From positions 773,882-837,881 of the forward strand of contig NW_005434663.1 of assembly GCF_000315625.1 (NCBI RefSeq): a DNA stretch of 64,000 nucleotides. Direction: 5' to 3'. Below the pieces are notes generated by a model, which was not told the origin of the DNA, did not search any database, and saw only the letters and a list, made by a program, of their open reading frames with translations. This document shows positions 25,101 through 37,602 of the stretch, piece after piece (position 1 is the first letter of the stretch; each line of letters begins with the position of its first letter). The translations under genes were made by a program, and so were the position numbers. This DNA comes from Guillardia theta CCMP2712. Its lineage: Eukaryota; Protista; Cryptophyta.

Positions 25101-28100
25101 ATGTCACGAGTCTGCCAGAGGGAATCGTGAGTGTGGATCAAAGTCTATTCTTCCCAGCTTCCTCCAGCTCCACAATGGTTCTGTCTATCCGATATCTCAG
25201 CCACGGGAAAGCGACCTTGTCCTTGAAGGTGACGAGCGCGGACAGTGCTGTGAATGGAGTGGTAGGATACGTGTACGTCGACGCGCTTCCAGGCTTCACG
25301 TTCTCTCAGTCTGACGTCAGCTTGTACAGCTGCCCTAGGACCCTCCAGTGCAATGTCACCATCGAGTTCTTCCCCGACCTCGTCCCGGACCAGCCAGTCA
25401 CAGTCCTCCTGACCTCCTCCGACCCGTCAGTCGCCACTCTCTCGCCGGACTCTGTGTCGTTCCTCCCCAACTCAACCTCTACCCAGCGCAAGACGTTCAC
25501 CATCTTCTACCGCTCCCCAGGATTCGCCTGCGTCAGCTTCGCCGCCACCAGCCTCGGCAACTACAACGACATCTCCTCGGGAGGCGTCAACGTCCGGGCC
25601 CTGCCGGACTTCAGAGCCGTTGGCTCGACTTTCCGAAGTGTCAACAGCTGGGAGACTGACAGCCCCTTCGACTTTGATGTCGCTCATCCTGCCGTCTACG
25701 TCCAGAACCAGACCAGCTCCAACATCACCATCACCCTAACTGAGATCCCTTCGGAAGAGGTGCTGGTCATGATCGTGAGCTCGAACCCAGATATCGTCTC
25801 GCACACAAGCTCCTTACGCTTCCCTCGGGGGTCTCTGACAGCACAGACCATCACTGTGACCTTCAAGCGGTACGGCAGCTGCTTCCTCAGCTTGTACGGT
25901 CAGGGCGGAAACTATGAGGGAGCGAAGTGGGAGCAAGGCATCTCGGTGAAGGCACTCCCGACGTTCCTCCTACCGGAGAGGATCACCCTGGACTATCACT
26001 CGCAGTACAGCATCGTCCTTCAACCTTCTGTTCCTCTCGTCGGAGACGTCAACGTCTCGGTGACTGTTGAGCTCCCCGACCGGATGAACGTCATCACACC
26101 CATCGTCTCCCTCCGAGCCAATCAAACGGCCGTGGCTGTCGTGCAGCATGTCAACCCCGACTACACCAAGATCAAGGTGCTGGCCTACGGGCCCGGGTCA
26201 AACTACAACTACGTCGAGCAGATCATTATCGCAACTCTCAACTATCCAGGGTTCTCGCTGTCAGCCACCACGTTGCACGTGCAACGATGGTTCAACGGCT
26301 CGATCATCGGGCCTGTCCGGGGGCAAGCAGAGCTCTACCTGACGCCCAACTTCGCTTCAAGCGCCTCCATCGTCATCAACATCAACAATCAGAACCAAAA
26401 CATCATTGCAGTCACGGAACCCAGCAACTTCCAGCTCGAGTACCCGGTACTTCTCCTCCACCACCACCCCTCCTCTCACTGAAACTTTTGCAGACTAACA
26501 GTATCGTGTCCAAGCTCGTACGGGTAGAGCACAAAGGTATTGTTGGCAGGTCTGTGCTTGCCTTCGGTACCCCAGCTACCCAAGGCATCATCATGCCTAT
26601 ACCTCTCGTCACTGTCCTTGCGCATGCTGGCTTCAGCCTCTCTCAGACCGCCGTCACCATCCAGAGAAAGGGAAATGGGAAAGTCACCTTGTCCTTGGAC
26701 ACCCCACCGCAATCTGACACCACCATCTTCTTCTCCTCCTCTAATCCCGCCATCCTGTCAGTTCAGCAGACCGTGGTGTTCTACAAGAGCGAGACTATCG
26801 GCCAGACTGTCCGTTTCGAGCACATTAGCCCTGGTCTAGCCTATATTAACTTCGTCGCTCAGAGTCAGACCGACGACTACAACGGGGCAGCCGCCTACCA
26901 TGCCGTGGCTGTCACATGTAAATTCGGCCTGGTGTTTGACAAGAGCACCATCTACGTCCCTGCTCCCCCCACAGCTGGAGGGTTGACCACCCTCGCAGTG
27001 GCCCTGGAGACTCCCAGCTCGACTAACGTTACCCTCCACTTGGCGTCCTCCGACGAGAGCAAGGCGACGCTGGTCAACCCGACGGTCTTCTTCGTCAGCG
27101 GGAGCACGGAAAAAAAGAACATAAGCATCTCCTATGTCGCCTCGTCCACGGCCTCCAACCCCGTGTTCCTGACCGTAACGCTAGAGACAGCAGCTGGTTC
27201 GGTGTACTCCAACGTGTCAGTGGACCCCGTTCCTCTCGTCAGCCTCGGAAAGTTTCTCTTCTCATCTCAGGATGTTTTCGTGCAGAAGGGAAGAAGCATT
27301 CAGGTGGAAATCTGGCCCAACGTCCCCCCTGATAGCGACGTGACAGTGAGCATTCAAAACTCCAACTCTACCATCGCTCAAGTGTCAGGAGCGATAACCT
27401 TTCTAGCGGGTAGAACTGACCGCCTGACGTTCACCGTCGTTCACAGAAGCTTTGGGTCTTGCCGATTGAGCTTCACTGCAAGCAGCAAGGGAAACTTCTT
27501 CGGGGTTGTCATGGACAATGCAGTGAATGTCACAGCAAGCTACGGGTTCAGGGTGTTCGAAATGAGTTTCGGCACTTCAGGTTTCGTCCCTGGATCCGAG
27601 GTGCAGGTTGGACAAGTTTTCAAGCTGCAGGCGCAACAGACGTCTCCCCTTTCCCGACGGAGTTTTTTCATTGCAACTGACGTGCCGGTGACCTCAACGA
27701 CGAGGATTGTGGTCGTTTCTTCGAACACGACATGTGTAGTAGCCGGGGACCCTGTAATCCTGGAGCCAGGAGGCTCCCCGTACAAAACATTCCAAGTCAG
27801 ATATGGCCTCCTGCCTTGCTCCAGCGTCATCTCGTTCAGGGCTGAGACTACAGGAAACTATCTCGGGGTTGAGTCTGGAGCACTTGACATCGTGTCTCTA
27901 CCATCGTTGACTTTCTCTTCCGTCAGAGTCAACGTTCAGTACAAGTCGTATGGCTTCTTCTCTGTCTCCCTCAGCGATCCTCCGACGTCGGACGTCAACA
28001 TCACGGTGGAGTCATCGGATCCAACCATCGCCAGCTTCACCTCTTTCTTGGTCTTCTCCAAGAACAGCACAGGTCCACCTACCGCCCAGGTCATGCTCAC

Positions 28101-31100
28101 CTACATCAGCCAGGGCTCCTTCGCTCTCAGCTTTTCTGCAGCAGGAGGAAATTACGATGGGCTGCAGTGGGATAACGCAGTGCTCGGCCTGACCAGCCCG
28201 GGCTTGATTTTCTCCTCGACCCTTCTGCAGATTGGCTTCGATGCGTCCATGTCTTTCTCCATCCGCCCCGACACTGTTCCGACCGAAGTGGCTCTCTTGT
28301 ACGTGACCAGCTCGCAGCCGGTCATAGCAGAGCCGCTGCTGGAGGTGTACAATCTCAGTGCTGGAACAATTGACAACATCACGATCACTGTCAGGTCAAC
28401 TTGCTCGTCAAGCCCAAGTTTCTGCATCCGGACTGGCTCCGCATTCCTCAGCTTTCGCGCTGTCAGCAACCTGGGAAATTATGACGCGATGGAAAATCTC
28501 CGGGCGGTCGAAGTTCGCGTGCGATCTCCCGGGTTCGACTTGTCGGTGACGTCAATCAACCTGCAGCGGTACCCAGGAAGCAGCGTCTTCTACCTCTCCC
28601 CTCGAGTCCTCGTCAACGTGGATACGGTCGTGTTTGCTCGATGTATGGATGAGACAGTCTGTCTCGTGCAGCAAGCGCTTGTCATGCCGGCGGGTTCCGA
28701 CGTGACCTCCAAGTTTAACTTCACAGTGTCCTACCAATCTGTAGGGCAGACGTTTGTGAGGTTGACGGTGGAGAATCCTCAAAATTCAATCTACTTTCAG
28801 ATCGACCCGATCTTCATCCCAACAACAGCATACGCCGACCTGACCCTCTCACCGGACTCCCGAGAAATCAAGATCCAGCCCTACTCCTCCTACAAGATTC
28901 AGCTAACTCCCTCCTTTCCTCTGGTGAACGACATCTTGGTAGAGGTTGTCACCTCCAACCCAAGCATTGTGCTCGCAGCTCAGTCTACCTTCTCTCTCAG
29001 CGCATCAAGCCAGATCGTAGGACTGGACGTGTACGCTGCTGTAGGAATGCGCGTCATTCTGACTGCAGACTTCCAGACGTTCCCTCGTACTGGTCCGGGA
29101 ACCATCACTTACCTTCTCAACGAGAACCTCGATGTTGTGTTAGTCGACTGGGACGAGGGACCAAAGAATCAAACCTACTTTGCCGGGTACAACAATCAAT
29201 ACATGTTGGCCAGGTATCAGTCGCAAGTAATCAACTTGGAACTCCTGTGGATTGGATTTGGGATCGGTCAGGTCGATATCAGGATCCGCAGCAAAGATTT
29301 TGTCTATGATCGATCTACTTGCAGCAGCTGCATGGTAGTCACCTGTCTCCCTCCTTTCTTGTTCAACCCGCCAAACCTCATTTTGCAGTCTGCGTCATCT
29401 GCAACCGTTCTGATGACCCCGGCAACTCCCGTCACGGCCAACACTCTTCTCAACGTCCAGACGAGGATCGTTGTTGGCCCTGACCTGCTCGTGTACGCCG
29501 TCAGCACCGTTCAGCCGTCCAGCCTTGAGATCCTCAACTTCGGTCAAGCGGAAGGGCCCAGCAGCCATAGCTTCGTGATCACGTGTGTTGCAGCTGGCGT
29601 TTCTCAGCTGGTACTTCAAGCCAGCGGGGGAGGGTATGATGGCATCAATTATCCAGGGCTGAATGTCACCTGCTTACCTACGTTCATCATCGTCCCTCCG
29701 CAGGCTCCGGGTCCTCTCAGTCCACAGAGCTCTTTCACCTTCTACCTGTCTCCCTCGGAGGCCCCTACCTCCCTCGTCACTCTCATCCTGCTATCCAACT
29801 GCTCAGGCATCCTTGATCATCCGGCTAGGTTGTACTTCAGCCCCTACGTCGTGACTCAGAGCCAGACTGTGCAGCTGTCGTACTCCGTCGGAAGAGCAGA
29901 CCTTGTGTGTGCTGTTTCTGTCACGTCCTCAGGCGGGAACTATGAAGGTGTCCACGTGCCTGCATCCTTGGTCCTCCGACTGACCAGCCCTGCTCTTATC
30001 GTGCTGGCAACCTCCATTGACGTTCAGCCAAACAGCATCTCGCTCATTCCCGTCAAGCTCAATACTCTACCAAATGCGACCGTCACGGTTGCCGCTATGT
30101 CCTCAGACCCTGCGATCGCAAAGGTAGTCGGCAGTGTCTTCATCTCTGATACGGACATACACTTCATCCAGATAGCGCATGTCAGCGTTGGCCGTTGTCA
30201 GGTGTCTTTCTCGCTGACTGCCGCTGACGCGAGCACTTTCTTCTATGCTCCTGCCCCGTCTGCTGTTGTCCAGGTCCGCTCCCTTGGTCCAGGGTTCCTA
30301 GTCAATGTCAGCAGCCTGCTAGTGACACTTGGCGATCATGCCTACATCAGCGTCAGTCTTGACTCTCCGCCCAACTCCCGCACGCAGCTCATGTTGGAAC
30401 CGAGCAGCTCAGCACTTGCAGTACAGCCTTCTTACCAGTTCTTCGAGCTTGGAGGTAACCAGACAGCTGTCAGTTTCAGAGTTGCGTGCAGCCGAAGTGA
30501 GATGGTTACTCTGAGCTTGCGTTCCCGAGGAGGAATCTATCATGACATCATCGTGACGGATATCGTGAACGTCTCTTGTCTACCTATACCCGACGATCAT
30601 ATCACCTTCTCTGCCAAGACCCTGCTGGGCAGGCTGATGAACGTCAGTATCCAGCTGCCTGCCGACGTCAACCAGCTGATCGGGTTTCAAGTCCAAGCTT
30701 CCACAAGCCCGACCTTCACAGTCGTAGGTCTAGACCTGAACCTCTCAAGCACTGAGAGCTCCGTCGTGCTGGGGCCGCTGGTCCTCGGCTCCTGCTACTT
30801 CCTCCGAGTGAGGCCGACCCGCTTGCGAGGGCCGGGACAATGGACGGGGAGCGAGAACTGCAGTGACGTAATCGATTATCCATCGCGAGTCTTGAACCTG
30901 AGGGTAAGTGCTTGTGCAAGGCCTGCCATGCCTCACAGCCTTTCACAGTTGGAACTGATCTCTGACTACTTGATCCGCGTTGACTGGGACCCTCCAACCA
31001 GCAGAGGACAAGTGAACCCTCTCGCGCCACTCAGGTTTGAGGAGCTCGTTTTCTTCATTGTCTATCAAGCTCTGACGACGGAGCGCAGCTACCAGGTTGC

Positions 31101-31823
31101 TATGTTGGATACTAACGGAACCATTCTCTCCTCAACGTACACTGAGTCGACTACTATCGTACAACAAGTGTATGAGTGAACCTACCATGACATGACCGTC
31201 CAGGTGCTGAAGTCGAAGGGACAATCTTCTCTTGAGATCAGAGTCGGAGCCGTGAGCACGTCACCTTGTCACACTGACGGACTTGACGACTGTGATAGAT
31301 CACCGACCTCTCCCCGACTGTGTATCAGACAGCATCGGTATATGTCACCTTGCTGGCCCAACAAGTCCTCTACAACGTACCCTTGGAGTTGTATCTTTCA
31401 GCAACACAGGTCGGTCAGATTGGCTCAAACTCGTACCTGAGCACATAGTTCAGGTCACATCTGCCGTAGCCTCCCTATCTTCTATTGTTGTCACGCCAAG
31501 GTCAGCTCCGCAAGTCGATGCGGTAAGGACTATTATAGCTATTGCACCTTATCTAATGTGTCTTGGAAGGTCCTGCAGATTGTCAGCTCAAACCCGGACT
31601 CGGTAGAAGCCTTGCTGCCAATCATCATCCTCAAGGCTGGCTCGCTGCTGCCGCAAACCATTCTCCTCCAACACAAGATCAAGGTAGAGAGGTTGGAACT
31701 TTGTTCCGTGTGATGATTCTTGCTCAGGGACTGAGTGTGGTCGACGTTGTGCCAGCCGGGGGGAACTACAACTTTCCCAACGGCTCTGCTATTATGGTTC
31801 TAACTAATGCATCTCCAGCATAG
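19102..31823 (+). CDS. Giant (about 4,000 aa) secreted protein with IPT/TIG domains, many Ig-like beta-sandwich repeats and FN3-like domains
   Basis: Hydrophobic signal LFLSLLLLFLSSPLASC. Introns 19513-19567, 26447-26493 and 30904-30948 join the long ORFs in frame. About 6 IPT-type starts (GG..LTI.G.GF) are followed by repeats of about 100 aa with SSDP/SSNP and GGNY motifs, and FN3-like YFLRVRP...GPGQW and VDWDPP. Confidence 0.82.
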
Positions 31824-32069
31824 TGATGATTGCTCAACATAAATCATGTGATGTAAGGTACAAGTTTATGTATAAATCTGTGCAAAATTAAACCTGATGC
31901 TAAAAGAACAAATTCATGTGGTTTGAATAGCCTAGATAAAGATAGGGGCTAATTCTTCTTCGCCCGATAACTCTTCAAAGTGATACAACCGAGTAACAAC
32001 TTGAAACTCTTTGTACCGATGAAAGCAAGCAAGCGGATCATCACGCCTTAATGCAGACCAAAATGAACA

Positions 32070-35000
32070 TCACAGTCTTGCCTTTTTCGAAGAACTTTCA
32101 TCTGCCGCACCGGGTGATCGGGTTGATTTTTCATCATCTGTGACTTTCTCCTTCGACTCTTCAGAAACCGTAAACCCTACTGCTCCCGCAGAATCATCAC
32201 TTACGGCCAGCACTGTGTCGCAAGCACCAACCTGCATATCGTCGCCAGGACCTTTCGACGAAGAACTAGCACCAACGAAATTGCTGGTAGATGTCGTTTG
32301 CGATTTCTCTGTTTGCTGCTGCATTCCCAACTTGAACTCCTGGCTCTCCGCCAAGATCATCTGGTTGTACCTGTCGTAGTGCACCTTGCGGTTCAAGCTG
32401 ATCACCTTCCGCACCCTCCTCGCGTTCCTCACAACACGCTCGTACACGTTCCTCACAAACGGCGACTGCGGCACATCTGACTCGACCTTGCTCCCGTCCG
32501 CTGACACCAGCCGCAGCCACTGCTCCTCCATCGGCCCGTAGCTCTTCTCCAAGACCATCGCAGGCACCTCAAGAAGCCTCTCCAGCATCTCCCTCGAGTA
32601 CGCTGACGGCTGGCTGGGCGACAGGCAAGAGGCGATGAGCTCCTTCTCTGCCGCTGACAGCTCGGCCTCGAAGCTCGACGTCGCTGCCTTGACGCGCTCC
32701 TCCTTTTCGACAAGCGACGCCTCGAAGCTGTTGAGCGACGTCTTCAAATGCTCCAGCAGCTCCGTCACCTTCGGGTCCTTCTTCGTCGCCATCAGTCGCT
32801 GCGACGCCACCGCCAGCATGCACGCCGCCAGCACGTCGAAGTGGAAGTCCGCGTGGTACTTGTGTAGCCTGCTGATGTCCAGCTGCAGGGTCTCCGGGCA
32901 AGCGTCGGTCTTGACGGGCTCACTCCCCATGATCAGGCTCAAGACCGCAGCCGTGTGGATCTGCTCGTACGCCGCGCCCTCGCCCTGGACGAGCTTCGAC
33001 AGGTCTGCCCGGCCCCTCCCTACCTCCTTCTCTACCACCGCCCGGATCCACTCTGGCGTGCGCTGTAGGTAAGCTGGGTTGGCTTTGATCTTCTTGTCCA
33101 TGTGCGCTCGCTCGTACTCGATCCCGTGGTTCTGAATGACGTGAGCGATGTTCCGTAGCCGGGCGTTGGCCGCGTCTACTCTCATGACGTTCACCCGCCC
33201 CAGCACATACTCCAGCGCCTTGCAGAACAGCGTCGGCTGGTCCTCCGGCGTGCTAGCTCGGAGCTCCTCCTCGAGAGCCTTCCAGCCTGCCTGCGTCTCC
33301 TGCTTCCGCGAGGGCTCCTGCATCTCCATCGCGATCCCCAGCATCCCCTCGATCAACGACACACACGACGACCAGTCCAGCGCCCCTGACTCGATCTGCT
33401 CTTGCCAGTAGGCCGTGTCGATCTTCTCCTTGAGCTCCTTGCTCCGGCTAGGCGATAGGTCGATCATCCCGTCCCTCACCTCCCCTACCACCTTGAGCAC
33501 TCGCACGTAGCACGGCGGGGTGAGCCTCAGGTCGTCTACCAGGCTGTCCCAGAAAGCCACCTTGAAGCTCTCCCTCACCTTGGACAGCACGGGGTTGTCG
33601 AGGTAGCCTGCCCCCTGCTCGTCGAGCTTGAAGGCGGGATCCAGCAGCAGCTCATGCGCCAGCTGCTCGTTGGTCATCCGGCCGGGCAGCGAAGACAGCC
33701 CGGACGCATTCGTCGAGGACGGTAGCTCTGCTGGCCTCGAGCTGCTTCCGGCCCCTTGCGAGGAGGACGATGCTGTCTCCTCCGACGGCTCCGCGTCGAC
33801 CGCAGTGAAGCCTTGCTGTCTTAGCGCCTCGTCGAAGCTCTCCAGCCCCTGGGCTCCTGCGATCTGTAGCATCTTGGCTCGGAGCTTCGCCTTCTGCGCT
33901 CGGAACTCCTCCTTCATAGACATGTACTCCTGGGCTTCAGGGCTGAGGTGTGACTCCGCACGGTAGAGGGCGAGAAGCGCATGCTTGATGCGCTCGGTGA
34001 GCTTGTGCTCGTCCGGGACTTTCCAGTCCTTGAAGCGAGCGAGGTAGACGTTGAGCTGCTTGAGGAAAGATATCCAGGAGCACCAATCATGCAATGTTAC
34101 AGGATTAGATTTAGAGCCTTCAATTCTAGCACAGATCTGTTTGAAGGTTTTGACGAGATCAGCAGCAGCATCTTGAACTTGTTTCTCGAGGTGGCCGATG
34201 TTCTCAAAACAGCTTGAAGGTCTTGCATCGATCATAAATGCTGCAAGGAAAACCCTGACATTGGGCCTTTCTTGATCAAGGTTCGAATTACCGTCGGAAG
34301 GCAACTTGGTTTTAATTTTGGCTCTGGTCGCTAAGTACAGAAACGTTTCTAGAGTTTTCTTCATGCATGCAATCACCCATTTAACTCGTAAACGAGAAGC
34401 CACTTCTTCGAAAGGCACATTGAGCATCCATTCAGAAATGATTTTAGTTCGCTGTACCCTGGATACTTGACATCTGAGAGAATTCTGATACGCATGAGTT
34501 CTAAAGAAACGAATAAGTAGGAAACTTGCTGATTGTGCATCAAGATTCAAATTTTGAACTTGTTTTTTCCTTTTGTACAAGTTTGTACAACATCGCCAGT
34601 AGTACTCTGGGTCGTGAGCTGTTAAATCCTCATCGGTTTGGTTCGCGATTTCTTCATCATTGTCCAAGACTATTGCTTCTGTATCTTCATGAAATTCGGA
34701 TAGACCCAATTCATTCTTATGTAGCGCTTTGAAATACTCTAGAATGCGATCGCCTTTTGCAAGGAAGTTTGAGCAATGCTGAATTCTGTTATTGAAGTAA
34801 CGTGCGAAAGCAAGATTCCCAGACAAGGGTTTGCCAAAAGTGATGCAAGTCAAGTTCTGCTGAGATAAGCAGGACTGAACTGCATGAAGCATTATCAATT
34901 GTGAAATCAAGCCTCCTAAAGAATATCCGGTGAAATATATTTCATTATCTCCTTGTCTTTCCTTCAAAAAATGGACAAGTTCCTTATGTACATTGCTACT

Positions 35001-35303
35001 GACAAATTTCTGTACATCGTCTACAATGGAAGAGTGAATACATACATTCGGGGGAACATCACTCCAAATCGAATCTACTTCATGCAGGGGAGAGAGAGAG
35101 CATTTCTCGATCCGGATTAACTCAGCATCATGTCGAAGGTGAAATGCTACAATGTAACTTTGCCCAGAACGGAATGCTGCAATCTTTATGTTTTCAGTTT
35201 CCCAGGTTTCAACCGTCTCAGCAGGAATTTCACTGAACTTCGTTGAATCCCAAACATGCAGTGCAGAAGATCCACATATGGCGATGATCTTGAAAGTATA
35301 CAT
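32070..35303 (-). CDS. TCP11/SOK1-family protein, copy 3, with N-terminal class-3 lipase-like domain (intronless)
   Basis: 1077-aa ORF with IYFTGYSLGG (GxSxG), CITFGKPLSGNLAFARYF, KGDRI and AHDPEYY, followed by the shared TCP11 core. Ends SSKKARL. Confidence 0.82.
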   Translation of the reverse strand: MYTFKIIAICGSSALHVWDSTKFSEIPAETVETWETENIKIAAFRSGQSYIVAFHLRHDAELIRIEKCSLSPLHEVDSIWSDVPPNVCIHSSIVDDVQKFVSSNVHKELVHFLKERQGDNEIYFTGYSLGGLISQLIMLHAVQSCLSQQNLTCITFGKPLSGNLAFARYFNNRIQHCSNFLAKGDRILEYFKALHKNELGLSEFHEDTEAIVLDNDEEIANQTDEDLTAHDPEYYWRCCTNLYKRKKQVQNLNLDAQSASFLLIRFFRTHAYQNSLRCQVSRVQRTKIISEWMLNVPFEEVASRLRVKWVIACMKKTLETFLYLATRAKIKTKLPSDGNSNLDQERPNVRVFLAAFMIDARPSSCFENIGHLEKQVQDAAADLVKTFKQICARIEGSKSNPVTLHDWCSWISFLKQLNVYLARFKDWKVPDEHKLTERIKHALLALYRAESHLSPEAQEYMSMKEEFRAQKAKLRAKMLQIAGAQGLESFDEALRQQGFTAVDAEPSEETASSSSQGAGSSSRPAELPSSTNASGLSSLPGRMTNEQLAHELLLDPAFKLDEQGAGYLDNPVLSKVRESFKVAFWDSLVDDLRLTPPCYVRVLKVVGEVRDGMIDLSPSRSKELKEKIDTAYWQEQIESGALDWSSCVSLIEGMLGIAMEMQEPSRKQETQAGWKALEEELRASTPEDQPTLFCKALEYVLGRVNVMRVDAANARLRNIAHVIQNHGIEYERAHMDKKIKANPAYLQRTPEWIRAVVEKEVGRGRADLSKLVQGEGAAYEQIHTAAVLSLIMGSEPVKTDACPETLQLDISRLHKYHADFHFDVLAACMLAVASQRLMATKKDPKVTELLEHLKTSLNSFEASLVEKEERVKAATSSFEAELSAAEKELIASCLSPSQPSAYSREMLERLLEVPAMVLEKSYGPMEEQWLRLVSADGSKVESDVPQSPFVRNVYERVVRNARRVRKVISLNRKVHYDRYNQMILAESQEFKLGMQQQTEKSQTTSTSNFVGASSSSKGPGDDMQVGACDTVLAVSDDSAGAVGFTVSEESKEKVTDDEKSTRSPGAADESSSKKARL

Positions 35304-35842
35304 CTTACTTACAAGTTAGTCACACAGATTTGGCTCTCAATCGTCGCAATTTCGTCCTAAGTTATCGATCATTCTCTCGATCTATTCTATTGCAGATTCC
35401 CTGTCATCGCTTTCCTCTTCATTATTCGCGCTCCTTGATCAAACACATCCCACAACATGCCGTTCAAATCAATCACTACTGTGATTTCCTTGCAATGCAC
35501 TTCAAAATTCAAATCGTGCAGTGGAAACTTCTAAATCCCCGAGAGCGGAAGAATGAAAGTAGGGGAAATGTTTCGATGAAATTCCAAAGTTCAAGGAGCA
35601 TAAATCAATATGAGAATTGCCTTTCTCAAATTTTCAGTTGACCGTGAAGTTCGTGGCTTTTTTTTTTTTTTTTTTGCACAGAACTTTCTGTGGCTGTTTC
35701 ACAGTCAGATGCCAGCGAGGCCGGCTCGGCTCAAAGAATAGTTAAGTAATCAGAAAATTCAAGTTGAGAGCCTGGAGAAGTGCTCAGGCCGCCACGGAAG
35801 AACAAAGTCTCCGAGTGCTCTCACGATGTTGATATCGTGATA

Positions 35843-37602
35843 TGCTTTGTTAAAAAGAAAGCACTGTGCTACTTTTGTCGTTCATGCACCTTTCATTGCA
35901 ATTTCAAGAGTGCAACGATTTTTTGCCGGAATGATTGATATTGTCCGTTTAGTGAAGCTCTGCTATAGTTGACGGTCTCCACTGGGCCACGTTACACTTT
36001 CGAATTCAAATCCCTCCACACCTTTTCACATTATTACATAGGTTCAAGTGTGTTCCGAATGTTTACACCCCTTAGTTCACTGCTAAAATACAAAATACAA
36101 GACGTTTCTTGCAGTTCTTCGTGTGCAATACTGCCGGGTCAACAGAGCGTAACTTGGGTATCTTCTTCGTTCCATTTCTACAGAACCACAAGTTCCATGC
36201 CTGCATCATGCTCCCAAGTTCATCCGGCAGGAAAGCATTAGTGGGAAAAGAACCTCGAAACTCTCCCTCTCGTAGCACCTCTCGAAGGTACTCTCCGATG
36301 AACTCCTTGTGCATGGATGTATTCTCGTTGACTACTTGCATGTTATTCTGACCTGCTGCAATCATTGAATCCTGTCTGGGTTCTCTCTGAAATGAATCAT
36401 TTCAGCCTACATTTCAGCCAGTGATCCCTCATTCGCGCGACCACGACCCTCGCGTCGTTGGATACTGCATCAGGCTGTTGACTGCTACCGAGCGCAATTA
36501 TGACACGACGGACAGGGAACTCCTTGCTATCAAGGATACGCTTCTTTCTTTTCGTTTGTATGCACAGAATTCCCGAAGAGGCTGCATCGGCTTCTCAAAG
36601 GGGAGGAACCGGCTCATTCACTCGCAAAAAGCAATACATCACGTTGATAACGACATGTAGATCCTAGACTACTCTTCACTGTATTTAATGATCTCTCCAT
36701 CCGTTAGCATGCACTTGCATTTCCCTTCCCCATCGACCAGCAGGACATCCAGGTTTTCCACGAGCTTGCATTCTTGTAGTTTTGAGATCACGATCGCAAG
36801 CGCTTCTGCAAGCGGCGGATCCCCTCCAACCACATACCCTCTGTAAATCTTACCTGATACGTGCGGTCTGGGTAAAGGTTTTGAGATCTCGTGCATGAGG
36901 TTTTCCAGTTCTTTCCCAACTAGTTCTTCCTTCCCTGCGAAGCCAACGTCTCGCAGCTTCTTACAGACTTTTCTGCCATACTCACTCAATGTCTTCGTGT
37001 CCGCCGTCAACAAATGCTCATCCACAAACATCTCCAAAGCTTTCGTGAGAGACATGCCGCTGCTGGACAGGGCGAACTCAATCAGAGCTCGGTTGTTGGG
37101 TATGACCTTGAACCGCGATAATTCTCGGAGAGTTTCAATCTTCTGTTGCTGCAATTGCTTGTAGAGTCTCTCCTTGTCGGCCTTGATCTCTTTCAGCTGC
37201 ATCTCCTTGTCGGCCTTGATCTCTTTCAGCTGCATCTCCTTGTCGGCCTTGATCTCTTTCAGCTGCATCTCCTTGTCGGCCTTGATCACTTTCAGCTGCA
37301 TCTCCTTGTCGGCAATGATTTTCTCCTTGTCGGCAATGAGTCTCTCCTTGTCGGCCTTGACTTCTTCTTCAAACTGTTTCTTCATCTCATCCAGGCATAG
37401 CTCAATGCGACGAAGTCTGCTTGACTGCCACGGCCACCCTGACCAGCTTGCCGATCCTGTTGGGGACATGCTGAGGGGTCTTGGCAGCGTGATCTGCCGT
37501 AGCCTCTCCCGACCAACACTGTAGAGCAGCTGCTTATCTCCTCCTAGTCTTCCTTGTCTTCTCTGCATGCTCAGGCTGAAAACTCTCCTCAACATTTTCA
37601 GA
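35843..37602 (-). repeat. Duplicated patchwork block, copy A (counterpart of 46904-48897, mostly inverted)
   Basis: 35952-37602 matches the reverse complement of about 46904-48784. 35843-35954 matches 48787-48897 in direct orientation. Confidence 0.85.
36421..36560 (+). mobile_element. Fragment of Ty3/gypsy-type RT-associated RNase H
   Basis: RVVGYCIRLLTATERNYDTTDRELLAIKDTLLSFRLY matches the family motif ..AY.SR.L..AE.NYST.E.ELLA....L..FR.Y. No other pol sequence or LTRs seen. Confidence 0.8.

Noticed and set aside
31700-32070. Truncation of the giant secreted gene by TCP11 copy 3
   Set aside because: The last exons complete a full GGNY repeat before a normal stop, so a natural end is as likely.
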